From sequence record SRR31156797_4646: 42,944 bases of DNA; one strand, 5' to 3'. Numbering within the stretch: position 1 is the stretch's first letter; every line of letters begins with the position of its first letter. This document shows, in pieces, positions 1 through 9,540 of this stretch. Below the pieces are notes generated by a model, which was not told where the DNA came from, made no database searches, and worked only from the letters and a program-made list of their open reading frames with translations. The position numbers and the translations under genes are program-made.

Positions 1-52
1 TCCTGCAGGCTGCAGGAGCAAAAATACACCACATACTTAAATTACTTCAAAC

Positions 53-2182
53 CTACTGCTCACAGTCTTTCATCGAAAGCTGAATGCGTTTTCTAGCCAC
101 ATCAACCTCGGTAACTTTTACATTTACATGCTGATGCAACTGCACCACATCGGCAGGATTAGATACAAATCGGTTTGCCAACTGAGAGATATGAACCAAA
201 CCATCTTGCTTCACTCCCACATCAACAAAGGCACCAAAATTGGTAATATTGGTAACAATACCCGGCATCTCCATTCCCACTTCCAACTGCTCTACCTTAT
301 AAATTCCCTCTTTAAACTGGAACACCTTAATAGCAGTTCTCGGGTCGCGACCAGGCTTTTCCAACTCATCAATAATATCATTCAAAGTAGGCAATCCAAC
401 CTCATCGCTTACATATTTATTCAGATCTATTTGCTTGCGCAATTCCTGATCGGCTATCAAATCAGCCACCGAACATTTTAAATCCTTTGCCATTTGCTTT
501 ACAATCTTGTACGACTCGGGATGCACAGCTGAATTATCCAAAGGATTCTCGGAGTTGGGAATTCTTAAGAAACCAGCACACTGTTCAAAAGCCTTCGCTC
601 CCATTCTCTTCACTTTCGTGATCTCCTTACGGGATGAGAATGCACCGTTTTCGGCTCTGTAATCCACAATATTTTGTGCCAATTGTGGTCCCAAACCTGA
701 TACATAGTTCAACAAATGCTTACTTGCCGTATTCAGGTTTACGCCAACCTTATTCACACAAGATTCCACCACTTGATCCAGACTTTGTTTTAATAAGTTT
801 TGATCCACATCGTGCTGATATTGCCCAACACCTATCGACTTTGCATCAATTTTTACCAGTTCTGCCAAGGGATCCATCAATCTTCTACCGATAGAAACCG
901 CTCCACGAACCGTTACATCATATTGTGGAAATTCCTCTCTCGCTACTTTCGATGCAGAGTAAATGGAAGCTCCTGCCTCACTCACCACAAACACCTGAAC
1001 TTTTCTATCGTAATGCAAATTGGTAACAAATCGCTCGGTTTCTCTACTTGCAGTTCCATTTCCAATGGCAATAGCTTGTATGTTATAGGTTTCCACCATA
1101 TTGGACAGCTTTTTGGCTGCCATCTTTCCCTGATTCTGTGGTGCATGAGGATATATGGTTTCGTTGTGCAATAAGTTCCCCTGCGCATCCAGGCAAACAA
1201 TCTTGCAACCAGTTCTGTAACCAGGATCTACAGCCAAAACTCTTTTCTGTCCCAGCGGCGATGCCAACAATAGCTGTCGCAGATTTTCAGAAAAAACACG
1301 AATGGCTTCCTTATCTGCCGCTTCTTTCGAAGATTTTGAAAACTCTGTTTCTATGGATGAACTTAGCAATCTTTTATAAGCATCTTTAACTGCCTCCTCA
1401 ACCTGCTCTGACGCCTGGGTGTTTCCTTTTACAAAAATTCGATCCAGTCTATCCAAAACATCTTCTTCGTTTGGAGCAATTTCCAACCTTAAAATTCCTT
1501 CTGCCTCTCCTCTTCTTAAAGCCAAAATACGATGCGAGACACATCTTTTCAATTGCTCTTCAGACTGAAAGTAATCTTTAAACTTTTCTCCTTCGGTCTC
1601 TTTTCCTTTGATAACTTTTGAGCGAATTATAGCCTGACGCTGAAAAATTCCACGTACCGAATTACGAGCCACTTCATTTTCGTTCACCCACTCAGCAATT
1701 ATATCACGAGCTCCCTGCAAAGCTTCCTCTTCGTTGGCAACCTCATCGTTCACAAATTGTGCTGCTCTGCCATCAACATCACGCTCAACTTGTTTCATAA
1801 GGATTTTCGCCAAAGGCTCTAGCCCTTTTTCACGAGCTTTTACTGCTCTTGTTTTGCGCTTTTGTTTGTATGGCAAATACAAATCCTCCAACTGATTCAA
1901 CTCTGTGCATGCTTCAATTCTTGAACGAAGTTCATCTGTCAGTTTCCCCTGCTTATCAATGGCTTCCAGAATACTTTCCCGTCGTTTATCCAACTCGGTT
2001 AAACGTGCCAATTCTTCTTTTACATTTGCAATCTGAACCTCATCCAAACTACCTGTCATCTCTTTACGATAACGGGCTATAAAAGGCAAAGTAGCTCCTT
2101 CGCTAAGCAATTGCACTGTATTTTCTACCTGAAAAGCCTGCAGTTGCAAGCTTTTCGTGATTTGTGCTATATATTTTTTCAT
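53..2182 (-). CDS. tex: Tex-family RNA-binding transcriptional accessory protein (YqgF-like domain, HhH, C-terminal S1)
   Basis: N-terminal EGATLPFIARYRKEMTGSLDE; YqgF-like AVDPGYRTGCK and IAIGNGTASRET; SIGVGQYQHDV; S1 domain NITNFGAFVDVGVKQDGLVHIS. Confidence 0.95.
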   Translation of the reverse strand: MKKYIAQITKSLQLQAFQVENTVQLLSEGATLPFIARYRKEMTGSLDEVQIANVKEELARLTELDKRRESILEAIDKQGKLTDELRSRIEACTELNQLEDLYLPYKQKRKTRAVKAREKGLEPLAKILMKQVERDVDGRAAQFVNDEVANEEEALQGARDIIAEWVNENEVARNSVRGIFQRQAIIRSKVIKGKETEGEKFKDYFQSEEQLKRCVSHRILALRRGEAEGILRLEIAPNEEDVLDRLDRIFVKGNTQASEQVEEAVKDAYKRLLSSSIETEFSKSSKEAADKEAIRVFSENLRQLLLASPLGQKRVLAVDPGYRTGCKIVCLDAQGNLLHNETIYPHAPQNQGKMAAKKLSNMVETYNIQAIAIGNGTASRETERFVTNLHYDRKVQVFVVSEAGASIYSASKVAREEFPQYDVTVRGAVSIGRRLMDPLAELVKIDAKSIGVGQYQHDVDQNLLKQSLDQVVESCVNKVGVNLNTASKHLLNYVSGLGPQLAQNIVDYRAENGAFSSRKEITKVKRMGAKAFEQCAGFLRIPNSENPLDNSAVHPESYKIVKQMAKDLKCSVADLIADQELRKQIDLNKYVSDEVGLPTLNDIIDELEKPGRDPRTAIKVFQFKEGIYKVEQLEVGMEMPGIVTNITNFGAFVDVGVKQDGLVHISQLANRFVSNPADVVQLHQHVNVKVTEVDVARKRIQLSMKDCEQ

Positions 2183-2191
2183 GTTTATTTT

Positions 2192-2222
2192 AGATATGAG
2201 ATTTAAGATACAAGATATGAGA
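2192..2222. repeat. Degenerate heptamer tandem repeat (AGATnnn x4.4) just upstream of tex
   Basis: AGATATG AGATTTA AGATACA AGATATG AGA read directly from the sequence. Confidence 0.7.
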
Positions 2223-2285
2223 AAACATTATCTTATAATTCTTAAGCTAAAATTTCAAATCAATAAATTCTTCATTATTAATTCT

Positions 2286-3482
2286 TCATTTATTAAGGTA
2301 TCGTTCAAATTCTTGCGTCGATCGCTCAACACAATCTTCCAATGACAATCCATTAAAGTAGTTTCCAGTAAGATAAATATTATCCTTTTCTGCAAGCTGT
2401 TTGATCTTTTCAATTCTGGTTCCGTGTCCTAACTCCAATACTGGCAAATGATGCTTAGCCACTTTAGTATCTCCAATTACATCTAGTTTTACACCTAATA
2501 ATTCAGACATGAACTGTTCCTGATCTCTTTGAGATTTATGATCTTCCTCAAAATGAAATGAAAAACCTCGCGATTCATTATGAGACATCACATCACGAGT
2601 AACCATTGCCAAACAAGCTCCCTGCAACGGAATAACAAATGAAACAGGATCGAATGTGACTTGCTCTTTAGGTAATACAACTGTTCTTGAAGTAATATTT
2701 TTTGTTTGATATTCTCTTAAATGAGCCGATAGATTTGGACTCACACTGCTAAGCATTTCACCTGCAACAGAAGGGGCAACAGCAAATGCAATATCTTTTG
2801 TACGATATTCATTTCCGTCTTCGGTTTTTACAAGATACTCTTCTGATTTTTGAACACTCACAACTCTTTGTCTAGAATGAAGTGTGAGGTTTTCCGATTG
2901 AGTTAGGGCTTTCATAAAACTTTGCATTCCTTGTTTTAACACAAAACTTTTAGGATGTTCCTTACTCTTTGTTTTTCTCTTTTTTAGGAAAAATTCTGCA
3001 GAGAAATCATCAGCATTCTGCACAATTACCGCACTGAACATTCTATTAAAAACCTTCTCGTAATTCTTCTTTCCTACAATTTTCCCAAAATATTCTTTAA
3101 CCGTTTTGCCATCACGTTTCGAGAAAAAAAGATTAGGTCCGGAGCATAACAGTTCAAACTTATTCACTTTCGACATGATTTTCTCATGCTTGTCGGTAAA
3201 CACTTTCATGCCGACTTTCTCTCGAGCAACAATATCTTTTTCTAAACCCGATTGTTGAATCAAGCGAATCAAATTAGTGTAGGTGGCATAAAAAGTATGC
3301 GCCCCCATTTCTACCCAGAAATCATTCTTGTCATGATAATGAGTGTTCAGGCAGCCACCTATTCGGTTTTCGGCTTCCAAAACAAGAACTTTTTTACCCG
3401 ATTGGGCAACTTGGTAGGCGAGGCTTAATCCGCTAATGCCTGCGCCTACAACAATCATGTCGTAAGATTCAGCTTGGGTCAT
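2286..3482 (-). CDS. FAD-dependent oxidoreductase, protoporphyrinogen/coproporphyrinogen oxidase (HemY)-like
   Basis: Rossmann motif IVVGAGISG, EAENRIGG and EMGAHT; C-terminal TGNYFNGLSLEDCV resembles the HemY end motif; only 398 aa. Confidence 0.7.
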   Translation of the reverse strand: MTQAESYDMIVVGAGISGLSLAYQVAQSGKKVLVLEAENRIGGCLNTHYHDKNDFWVEMGAHTFYATYTNLIRLIQQSGLEKDIVAREKVGMKVFTDKHEKIMSKVNKFELLCSGPNLFFSKRDGKTVKEYFGKIVGKKNYEKVFNRMFSAVIVQNADDFSAEFFLKKRKTKSKEHPKSFVLKQGMQSFMKALTQSENLTLHSRQRVVSVQKSEEYLVKTEDGNEYRTKDIAFAVAPSVAGEMLSSVSPNLSAHLREYQTKNITSRTVVLPKEQVTFDPVSFVIPLQGACLAMVTRDVMSHNESRGFSFHFEEDHKSQRDQEQFMSELLGVKLDVIGDTKVAKHHLPVLELGHGTRIEKIKQLAEKDNIYLTGNYFNGLSLEDCVERSTQEFERYLNK

Positions 3483-3502
3483 ACTTGGTTAGTTTAGGCT
3501 TT

Positions 3503-4723
3503 CTATTTCTTATAATTGTCTCTTCTTTTTTTGAAGAACTTTCTTTTTCCTTTGTTTTTTGATTTAGAGTAAGTTTTTGGCTTGTACTCAGGAGCTTCTC
3601 CCAATTCAGCAGGAACCGGAATTTTATAAACTTCCGATTCAATCAAATCTTCAATCTTCTTAAAATCGTTTTGATCTTTCTGAGTAATAAATGTTAAAGC
3701 AACACCTTCCGATTCAGCTCTTGCAGTTCTACCTACTCTATGTACGTAATCTTCTGCATCATTTGGCACATCAAAATTGATCACCAAATCGATGGAATCG
3801 ATATCGATACCACGAGCAATAATATCAGTCGCAACTAAAATTTGATGCTTTCTGTTTTTAAACTCTCGCAATACCTCTTCTCTTTCATTCTGCTCCAAAT
3901 CCGATTGAATTCCCGCAGCTCTGAATTTGTGCTTTTTTAGATCTTTAGCAATCGCTTTCACATTCACTTTCGTGGATGAAAAAATGATTACACTCTTTAA
4001 ATCCTTACCCTCTAACAAGTGATTTATCAAAGGAATTTTTTGATTTTCGTGTAACATATAAGCTGCTTGCAAAACTCCTTCAGCAGGTTTCGAAATGGCA
4101 ATATTAATGCTTTCTGGTTCTTCCAATATCTCCTCTGCCAATTCCCTGATTTTAGGAGGCATAGTAGCCGAAAACATCAAATTCTGGCGCTCTTTTGGCA
4201 GATGACTTACAATTTGCATTAAATCTTCAAAAAAGCCCATATCCAGCATGCGATCAGCCTCATCCAAAATCAAATGTTTCAGTTTCGAGGTATCAACATA
4301 ACCAAGATTCAAGTGAGATATCATTCTTCCTGGTGTGGCAATTACCACATCAGCACCTTCCATCAAGCCTTTTTTCTGCTGATCCCAAACCGAAGAGTCT
4401 CCTCCTCCATAAACCGAAAGCGAGGTAACCGATACAAAATAACCGAAACCCTCCATTTGCTGATCAATCTGCATTGCCAACTCCCTGGTAGGAACCAATA
4501 TCAGTGTACTAAATCCATCAATTTTATTTTTTTGGATGTTGTCCATTACTGGTAACAAATAGGCTGCAGTTTTTCCTGTTCCTGTTTGTGCACAAACGAT
4601 CATGTCCTTATTGTCAATGATCTTAGGTATGGATAGTTCCTGAACTGGTGATGGTGTTTCGAAGCCCATAGCATCCAAACCATCCATTATTTCAGGAGAA
4701 AAGTCAAATTCAGAAAATTTCAA
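3503..4723 (-). CDS. DEAD-box ATP-dependent RNA helicase (TTG start)
   Basis: Q motif GFETPSPVQ, AQTGTGKT, PTRELA, TPGR, DEAD, SAT, ARGID, HRVGRTAR; basic C-terminal tail. Confidence 0.95.
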   Translation of the reverse strand: MKFSEFDFSPEIMDGLDAMGFETPSPVQELSIPKIIDNKDMIVCAQTGTGKTAAYLLPVMDNIQKNKIDGFSTLILVPTRELAMQIDQQMEGFGYFVSVTSLSVYGGGDSSVWDQQKKGLMEGADVVIATPGRMISHLNLGYVDTSKLKHLILDEADRMLDMGFFEDLMQIVSHLPKERQNLMFSATMPPKIRELAEEILEEPESINIAISKPAEGVLQAAYMLHENQKIPLINHLLEGKDLKSVIIFSSTKVNVKAIAKDLKKHKFRAAGIQSDLEQNEREEVLREFKNRKHQILVATDIIARGIDIDSIDLVINFDVPNDAEDYVHRVGRTARAESEGVALTFITQKDQNDFKKIEDLIESEVYKIPVPAELGEAPEYKPKTYSKSKNKGKRKFFKKRRDNYKK

Positions 4724-4806
4724 CTAGTTTCAATTTTAAAATTAATATTGGAGGAAACGATAATCTTCTCCTTATAAAACGATATTGAAGATACGAAAAA
4801 AAGTAT

Positions 4807-5994
4807 CTATTCAACGTACAACACCAAGCCTTTAAGATATTCTCCTTCAGGATGGAATATATTTACCGGATGATCAGCTGGCTGAGTTAACTGATGTAAC
4901 ACACGAACTGTTCTTCCTGCATTTGCTGCTGCTACAAAAACGGTTTTACGAAAATCTTCTTTGCTTACAGCTTGTGAGCAAGAAAAAGTAAATAAAATTC
5001 CGCCTGGTTTTATCTGCTCGAATCCTTTTCGGTTTAATCTCTTGTATCCTTTTAAAGCATTATCTAACACTTTTTTGTGCTTTGCAAAAGCTGGTGGATC
5101 CAATACAATCAAATCATATTGTTGTGAAGTTTCATCCATATATTTGAATGCATCTTCGGCAAAAGCATCATGACGATCATCGCCAGGGAAATTCATTTCT
5201 ACATTCTCTTTTGTGATCTCAATAGCTCTGGCTGAACTATCAACCGAGTGCACCAACTTGGCACCACCACGCATTGCATAAAACGAAAATCCTCCTGTGT
5301 AACAGAACATATTTAAAACCGAACGACCTTTTGAATAACGCTCCAATAAACTTCTATTCTCTCTTTGATCGATAAAAAATCCTGTTTTTTGACCTTTCAA
5401 CCAATCTACATTAAATTTTAATCCATTCTCAAGAGCTGTGAATGATTCTGTTTCGCCGTATAAATATCCATTTTTAGGTTCAATTCCTGATTTAAATGGA
5501 ATGGTACCTTCCGATTTGTCAAAAACAGCTTTTAAATTTTCTCCAAAAATCGATTGTAAGGCTTCCGTAATTTCCTCACGATGCAAATACATACCAACCG
5601 AATGACACTGAATAACCGCTGTTCCGGCATAAAAATCAATAATCAATCCAGGTAAACCATCGCCTTCACCGTGAACCAATCTAAATACATCGTTATTCTT
5701 GTTTCCATATAGATCAATTGCCTTACGCAATTCACAAGCAGATTTTATCTTCTCAATCCAAAAATCAAGATTAATTTCTCTCTCTTCAAAAGAAAGAATT
5801 CTAACAACGATAGATCCTATTGCAATATGTCCTACCGCTAAAAACTCATCTTGAGCATCGTAAACCGAAACCAAGTCTCCTTCTTCTAATCCTTCATCAA
5901 CTCTACTAACGGCTCCCGAAAAAATCCAAGGGTGAAAACGCTTAATAGAGTGTTCCTTCCCTTTTTTCAGGTAAACTTTAGGATAATTTATCAT
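4807..5994 (-). CDS. rlmI: RlmI-family class I SAM-dependent rRNA m5C methyltransferase (PUA domain plus MTase)
   Basis: HPWIFSG, RLVHGEGDGLPG, GQKTGFFIDQRENR, LNMFCYTGGF, DPPAF, FSCS, YLKG. Confidence 0.88.
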   Translation of the reverse strand: MINYPKVYLKKGKEHSIKRFHPWIFSGAVSRVDEGLEEGDLVSVYDAQDEFLAVGHIAIGSIVVRILSFEEREINLDFWIEKIKSACELRKAIDLYGNKNNDVFRLVHGEGDGLPGLIIDFYAGTAVIQCHSVGMYLHREEITEALQSIFGENLKAVFDKSEGTIPFKSGIEPKNGYLYGETESFTALENGLKFNVDWLKGQKTGFFIDQRENRSLLERYSKGRSVLNMFCYTGGFSFYAMRGGAKLVHSVDSSARAIEITKENVEMNFPGDDRHDAFAEDAFKYMDETSQQYDLIVLDPPAFAKHKKVLDNALKGYKRLNRKGFEQIKPGGILFTFSCSQAVSKEDFRKTVFVAAANAGRTVRVLHQLTQPADHPVNIFHPEGEYLKGLVLYVE

Positions 5995-6090
5995 GTGGTA
6001 ATGTATTTTATTCTGATCATGTGGAAATACAAAGAAAATTGCATTTCATTAATTCAACTATCCCATTTACAATAGGGATTTATTTCGATT

Positions 6091-6681
6091 CTATTCTTCA
6101 GCTTTTGAAGCCTTCAATTTCTCAAAAATCTTTAAGGACACCCAAGCATCGGTAGCTGCATATCGCAATTGCCCCGGACTTAGTTCTGAAGCTTCCCAAT
6201 TTGAAACTTGCTGGCGTTTCGAAATTCTAAAATTTAAAACTATGGCTGATAGTTTCTTTAAGGAAAAACTCTCAATCCCAAAGTTCGAAACGTAATCTTG
6301 TAATTCTAGAAATCCATTGGCATCAAAATCGTTCAGTTTTTGCAAGCCACGAATATCATCTTTTATAGCTGCGCCAACTTTCATAATTTCCGGATCTTTT
6401 AGTAAATCCGTCAATTCTGAGGGAAGACCAATCTTATTAATTCTAAAAAGAAAAGTTTTTGAATTTGCAGCCAACTGCAATAATGCAACATCATTTACCT
6501 TCCCTTTTTTAAAGGACGGTCGGGTTTCTGTATCGAAACCAAGTATTTCATACTTTTTTAGGTATTGCACTGCCTTCATCAGATCTTCATATTGATCGAC
6601 CAATATAATTTCACCTTCGAAAGCCTTTAATGGCATTTTATTCGCTTCTTCGCTCGTAATTGATTTTTGAAATGGCAACAT
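6091..6681 (-). CDS. DEDDy 3'-5' exonuclease, WRN-exo/RNase D-like stand-alone domain
   Basis: ExoI GFDTET; LLQLA; ExoII KVGAAIKDD; SNWEASELS and ExoIII YAATDA. Confidence 0.9.
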   Translation of the reverse strand: MLPFQKSITSEEANKMPLKAFEGEIILVDQYEDLMKAVQYLKKYEILGFDTETRPSFKKGKVNDVALLQLAANSKTFLFRINKIGLPSELTDLLKDPEIMKVGAAIKDDIRGLQKLNDFDANGFLELQDYVSNFGIESFSLKKLSAIVLNFRISKRQQVSNWEASELSPGQLRYAATDAWVSLKIFEKLKASKAEE

Positions 6682-6721
6682 TTATAACTCTTTTTCTTGG
6701 GAAATTTGTCTATTCCCTTGA

Positions 6722-7348
6722 TTACTCATTCTCCTCACCCCATTCTCTCTGACGCTGCGAGAAAATAGATCCACTCATGTCAATATTATCTACATTTGAG
6801 GCAGAGATATTATCATCATCTCTTAAACTCTCCTTGTCGGCTACCAATCGGTGAATCGATCTAAGTGTATTCACTAATTTTTGTCCCCAATATTGATAAA
6901 AATGGTTGTTTAAATCCCAAAGTGAATCGTTCATCACTTCAAGTGTTCCTATTTTATAGGATGTAATAAAATCTTTAAGATCTTGATAAATATCGGCAAA
7001 ATTTTCAGAAATAGAAGAAACCAAAGGTGTATCACTGTACTCCATGTCATCTTCAAACACTTCTAAAAATTCATTGTGAGCTCCCATTCTTGTTTTCACT
7101 GATGAATGAATAAACTCCCAATCGGATTCTGTTACAAACTTTTCAACCTCCTCGTCTAGCTCGACCTCATTTTTAGGCAATAAACTCGCCTTAAGATATA
7201 ATAATGGTAATATTTTTTGAGCCGTTTCAACGAACTCCAACTTTTCAACTTTAGCAGAATTTTCGAGCAACAAACAAAATTCATTTGCTACTGTTACAAA
7301 CTCAATTACATTTTTAGAATATACTACGTGTTCAAATTTATCTTCCAT
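6722..7348 (-). CDS. DUF5063-family conserved Bacteroidota protein
   Basis: Recognised motifs VIEFVTVANEFC, LPLLYLKASLLP, ISENFADIYQDLKDF, WGQKLVN. Confidence 0.8.
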   Translation of the reverse strand: MEDKFEHVVYSKNVIEFVTVANEFCLLLENSAKVEKLEFVETAQKILPLLYLKASLLPKNEVELDEEVEKFVTESDWEFIHSSVKTRMGAHNEFLEVFEDDMEYSDTPLVSSISENFADIYQDLKDFITSYKIGTLEVMNDSLWDLNNHFYQYWGQKLVNTLRSIHRLVADKESLRDDDNISASNVDNIDMSGSIFSQRQREWGEENE

Positions 7349-7371
7349 CTCTATGTTTTCCTATAACCTTG

Positions 7372-7379
7372 CAAAAGTA
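7372..7379 (-). promoter_or_regulatory. Bacteroidota housekeeping -7 promoter element for DUF5063 and downstream genes
   Basis: Minus strand TACTTTTG matches TAnnTTTG, 23 nt upstream of the ATG. Confidence 0.6.
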
Positions 7380-7453
7380 ACAAGATTTTATGAATATAAG
7401 AGCTGACACGCAGGAATTCAACAAAAACCATCTCACTATCACGTACTTTTACA

Positions 7454-9361
7454 TCAGGAATGAATCCTTTTTATTTGATTGCCACCTACACTTTCAACCT
7501 CTTCGTTATCCATTAAAAAACGAATCACTTCCAAAACTTTATCATCTGGATAGGTTAGTGCTTTTACAATCTCATTCACTTCAACACTCTCTCTATCTAT
7601 CAGTTTAATTATATCATTATAAATTGCCTTAAACTCCTCTTTTTTCAATCCTTCATCCTCTTTCGATTTACAGATATCGCACTTACCACATTCAGGAGCT
7701 TGTCCTTGTCCGAAATACTCTAATAAAAATTTTGATCTGCAAATATTTTCCGTTTCGGCATAATGGATTACCGAATGTATCTTTTTTTCAAGATTATCTT
7801 TCCTCTTGTCGTAAACATCCTTTGTAATCTTTATAAAATTTGTCGGCAATCGTTCTTGTGTAAATACAATAAAAGGTGTTTTTTTTCGAGGAATATAATT
7901 GATGATTTTGTGACGAGACAATTCTTTAAGATATTCAATTATCAGTTCCTTTTTAATTTTTGTTCTACTTGCCAACGAATCAATATTGATAGGCACATAA
8001 TCAGTAAATAAACCCGTAAAAGACCGCAGCAATAGTTTTATGAAGGCATCAAAATCCTTATTGTTCACCTGAAACTTATACAACTCATCTCTATGAACTA
8101 CAAAGTGAATTCTCGACTCATGTTCCAAATCATCAGTTAACTCTATATAACCAGCACGCTGCAATATCTTTAATGCATTGAATGCCTGTAGCACATTAAA
8201 TTTAAAGTTCTGACAAAATAAGCCTAAGTCAAAATCAAAAACAGCATCTTTTCCTGCTCCTTCGGCAACTTGTAAAAAATTCCCTAAAGCCTGATAAACC
8301 CGAATTATCATTTCCTTTTTAGGGAAAGCAGTCGTTATTCTCTTTAAAAGTTGAACTCTATCCGGATTCGAATACAAAAGAACAGCAAATGCCTTTTTAC
8401 CATCTCTTCCAGCTCTACCCGCTTCCTGAAAATAGGCTTCCAAAGAATCGGGTAAGTCCATGTGTACAACTGTTCTTACATCAGCTTTATCAATTCCCAT
8501 TCCAAAAGCATTGGTGGCAACCATAACCTGAACTGTGCCTTTTCGCCAGCGCTCCTGTCTAAAATCTTTTACCTCATTTCGCAATCCCGCATGATAAAAT
8601 TCCGCTTTAATTCTATTGTTCTTTAAGAATTCTGCAATCTCTTTGCATTTTTTCCTGCTGCGAACATATACAACCGAACTTCCTTTTTGCTTGGTCAATA
8701 TTTTTAAAAGATACCTGTTTTTATCCTCAGTTTCACGAACCAGATAAATCAAATTCTTACGCTCAAAACTTTTACGAAAGACATTTTTCTCAGAAAAACC
8801 CAATCTTTCCTGAATATCATCTACTACATCAGTGGTTGCTGTTGCTGTTAATGCTAAAATTGGAACGTTTGGTAGTAATTCTCTTAATTCTGCTATTTTT
8901 AAATAGGATGGTCTAAAGTCGTAGCCCCATTGCGAAATACAATGCGATTCATCTACGGCAATCAAACAGGCATTCATTTGAACAACCTTTTTTCGAAACA
9001 AATCAGAACCAATTCTCTCCGGAGATATGTACAAAAATTTCACATTTCCAAACAAACATTTGTCCAAAATGATCTGAATTTCTTTACTACTAAGACCAGA
9101 ATATAACAATTCCGCCTTTATTCCTTTTTCTTTTAAATTTAGAACCTGATCCTTCATTAAAGCAATCAGAGGCGAAACCACAATACAAATCCCCTCGGTT
9201 GCCATAGTTGGCACCTGAAAGGTTAGAGATTTACCTCCACCGGTTGGCATTAATCCTAATGTATCTTTCCCTTCAGAAACGGATTTAATAATCTCATCCT
9301 GTAAAGGTCTAAACTCAGAATATCCCCAATATTTTTTAAGAATCCCGTTAAAACGATCCAT
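7454..9361 (-). CDS. recQ: RecQ-family ATP-dependent DNA helicase (no HRDC). Likely start 9361 (MDRFNG); the ORF track extends to 9412
   Basis: WGYSEFRPLQ, MPTGGGKS, DESHCISQWGYDFRP, LTATAT, AFGMGIDK, QEAGRAGRDG; Zn site CRS...CGKCDIC near the C-terminus. Confidence 0.92.
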   Translation of the reverse strand: MDRFNGILKKYWGYSEFRPLQDEIIKSVSEGKDTLGLMPTGGGKSLTFQVPTMATEGICIVVSPLIALMKDQVLNLKEKGIKAELLYSGLSSKEIQIILDKCLFGNVKFLYISPERIGSDLFRKKVVQMNACLIAVDESHCISQWGYDFRPSYLKIAELRELLPNVPILALTATATTDVVDDIQERLGFSEKNVFRKSFERKNLIYLVRETEDKNRYLLKILTKQKGSSVVYVRSRKKCKEIAEFLKNNRIKAEFYHAGLRNEVKDFRQERWRKGTVQVMVATNAFGMGIDKADVRTVVHMDLPDSLEAYFQEAGRAGRDGKKAFAVLLYSNPDRVQLLKRITTAFPKKEMIIRVYQALGNFLQVAEGAGKDAVFDFDLGLFCQNFKFNVLQAFNALKILQRAGYIELTDDLEHESRIHFVVHRDELYKFQVNNKDFDAFIKLLLRSFTGLFTDYVPINIDSLASRTKIKKELIIEYLKELSRHKIINYIPRKKTPFIVFTQERLPTNFIKITKDVYDKRKDNLEKKIHSVIHYAETENICRSKFLLEYFGQGQAPECGKCDICKSKEDEGLKKEEFKAIYNDIIKLIDRESVEVNEIVKALTYPDDKVLEVIRFLMDNEEVESVGGNQIKRIHS

Positions 9362-9540
9362 ATTGTTATCAGACAATGAATTTGACTTAAAATTGATATT
9401 TATGACAGACAAAAAACAAATTAAAAATAGTAACTTTTATAAGGAAATGCGTAATTAACACTTTTTAGAATTTTAATAAAGTTCTATTCCGCTATTTTTT
9501 TGTAATTTCGCATGCAATTTAAATCTAAAATTATTGCATA

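Noticed and set aside
1..17. TCCTGCA-GGC-TGCAGGA hairpin downstream of tex
   Set aside because: Possibly the tex terminator, but it is cut by the window edge so the U tract cannot be seen
128..2345. Short plus-strand and alternate-frame ORFs over tex
   Set aside because: Shadow ORFs of a well-supported gene, with no motifs
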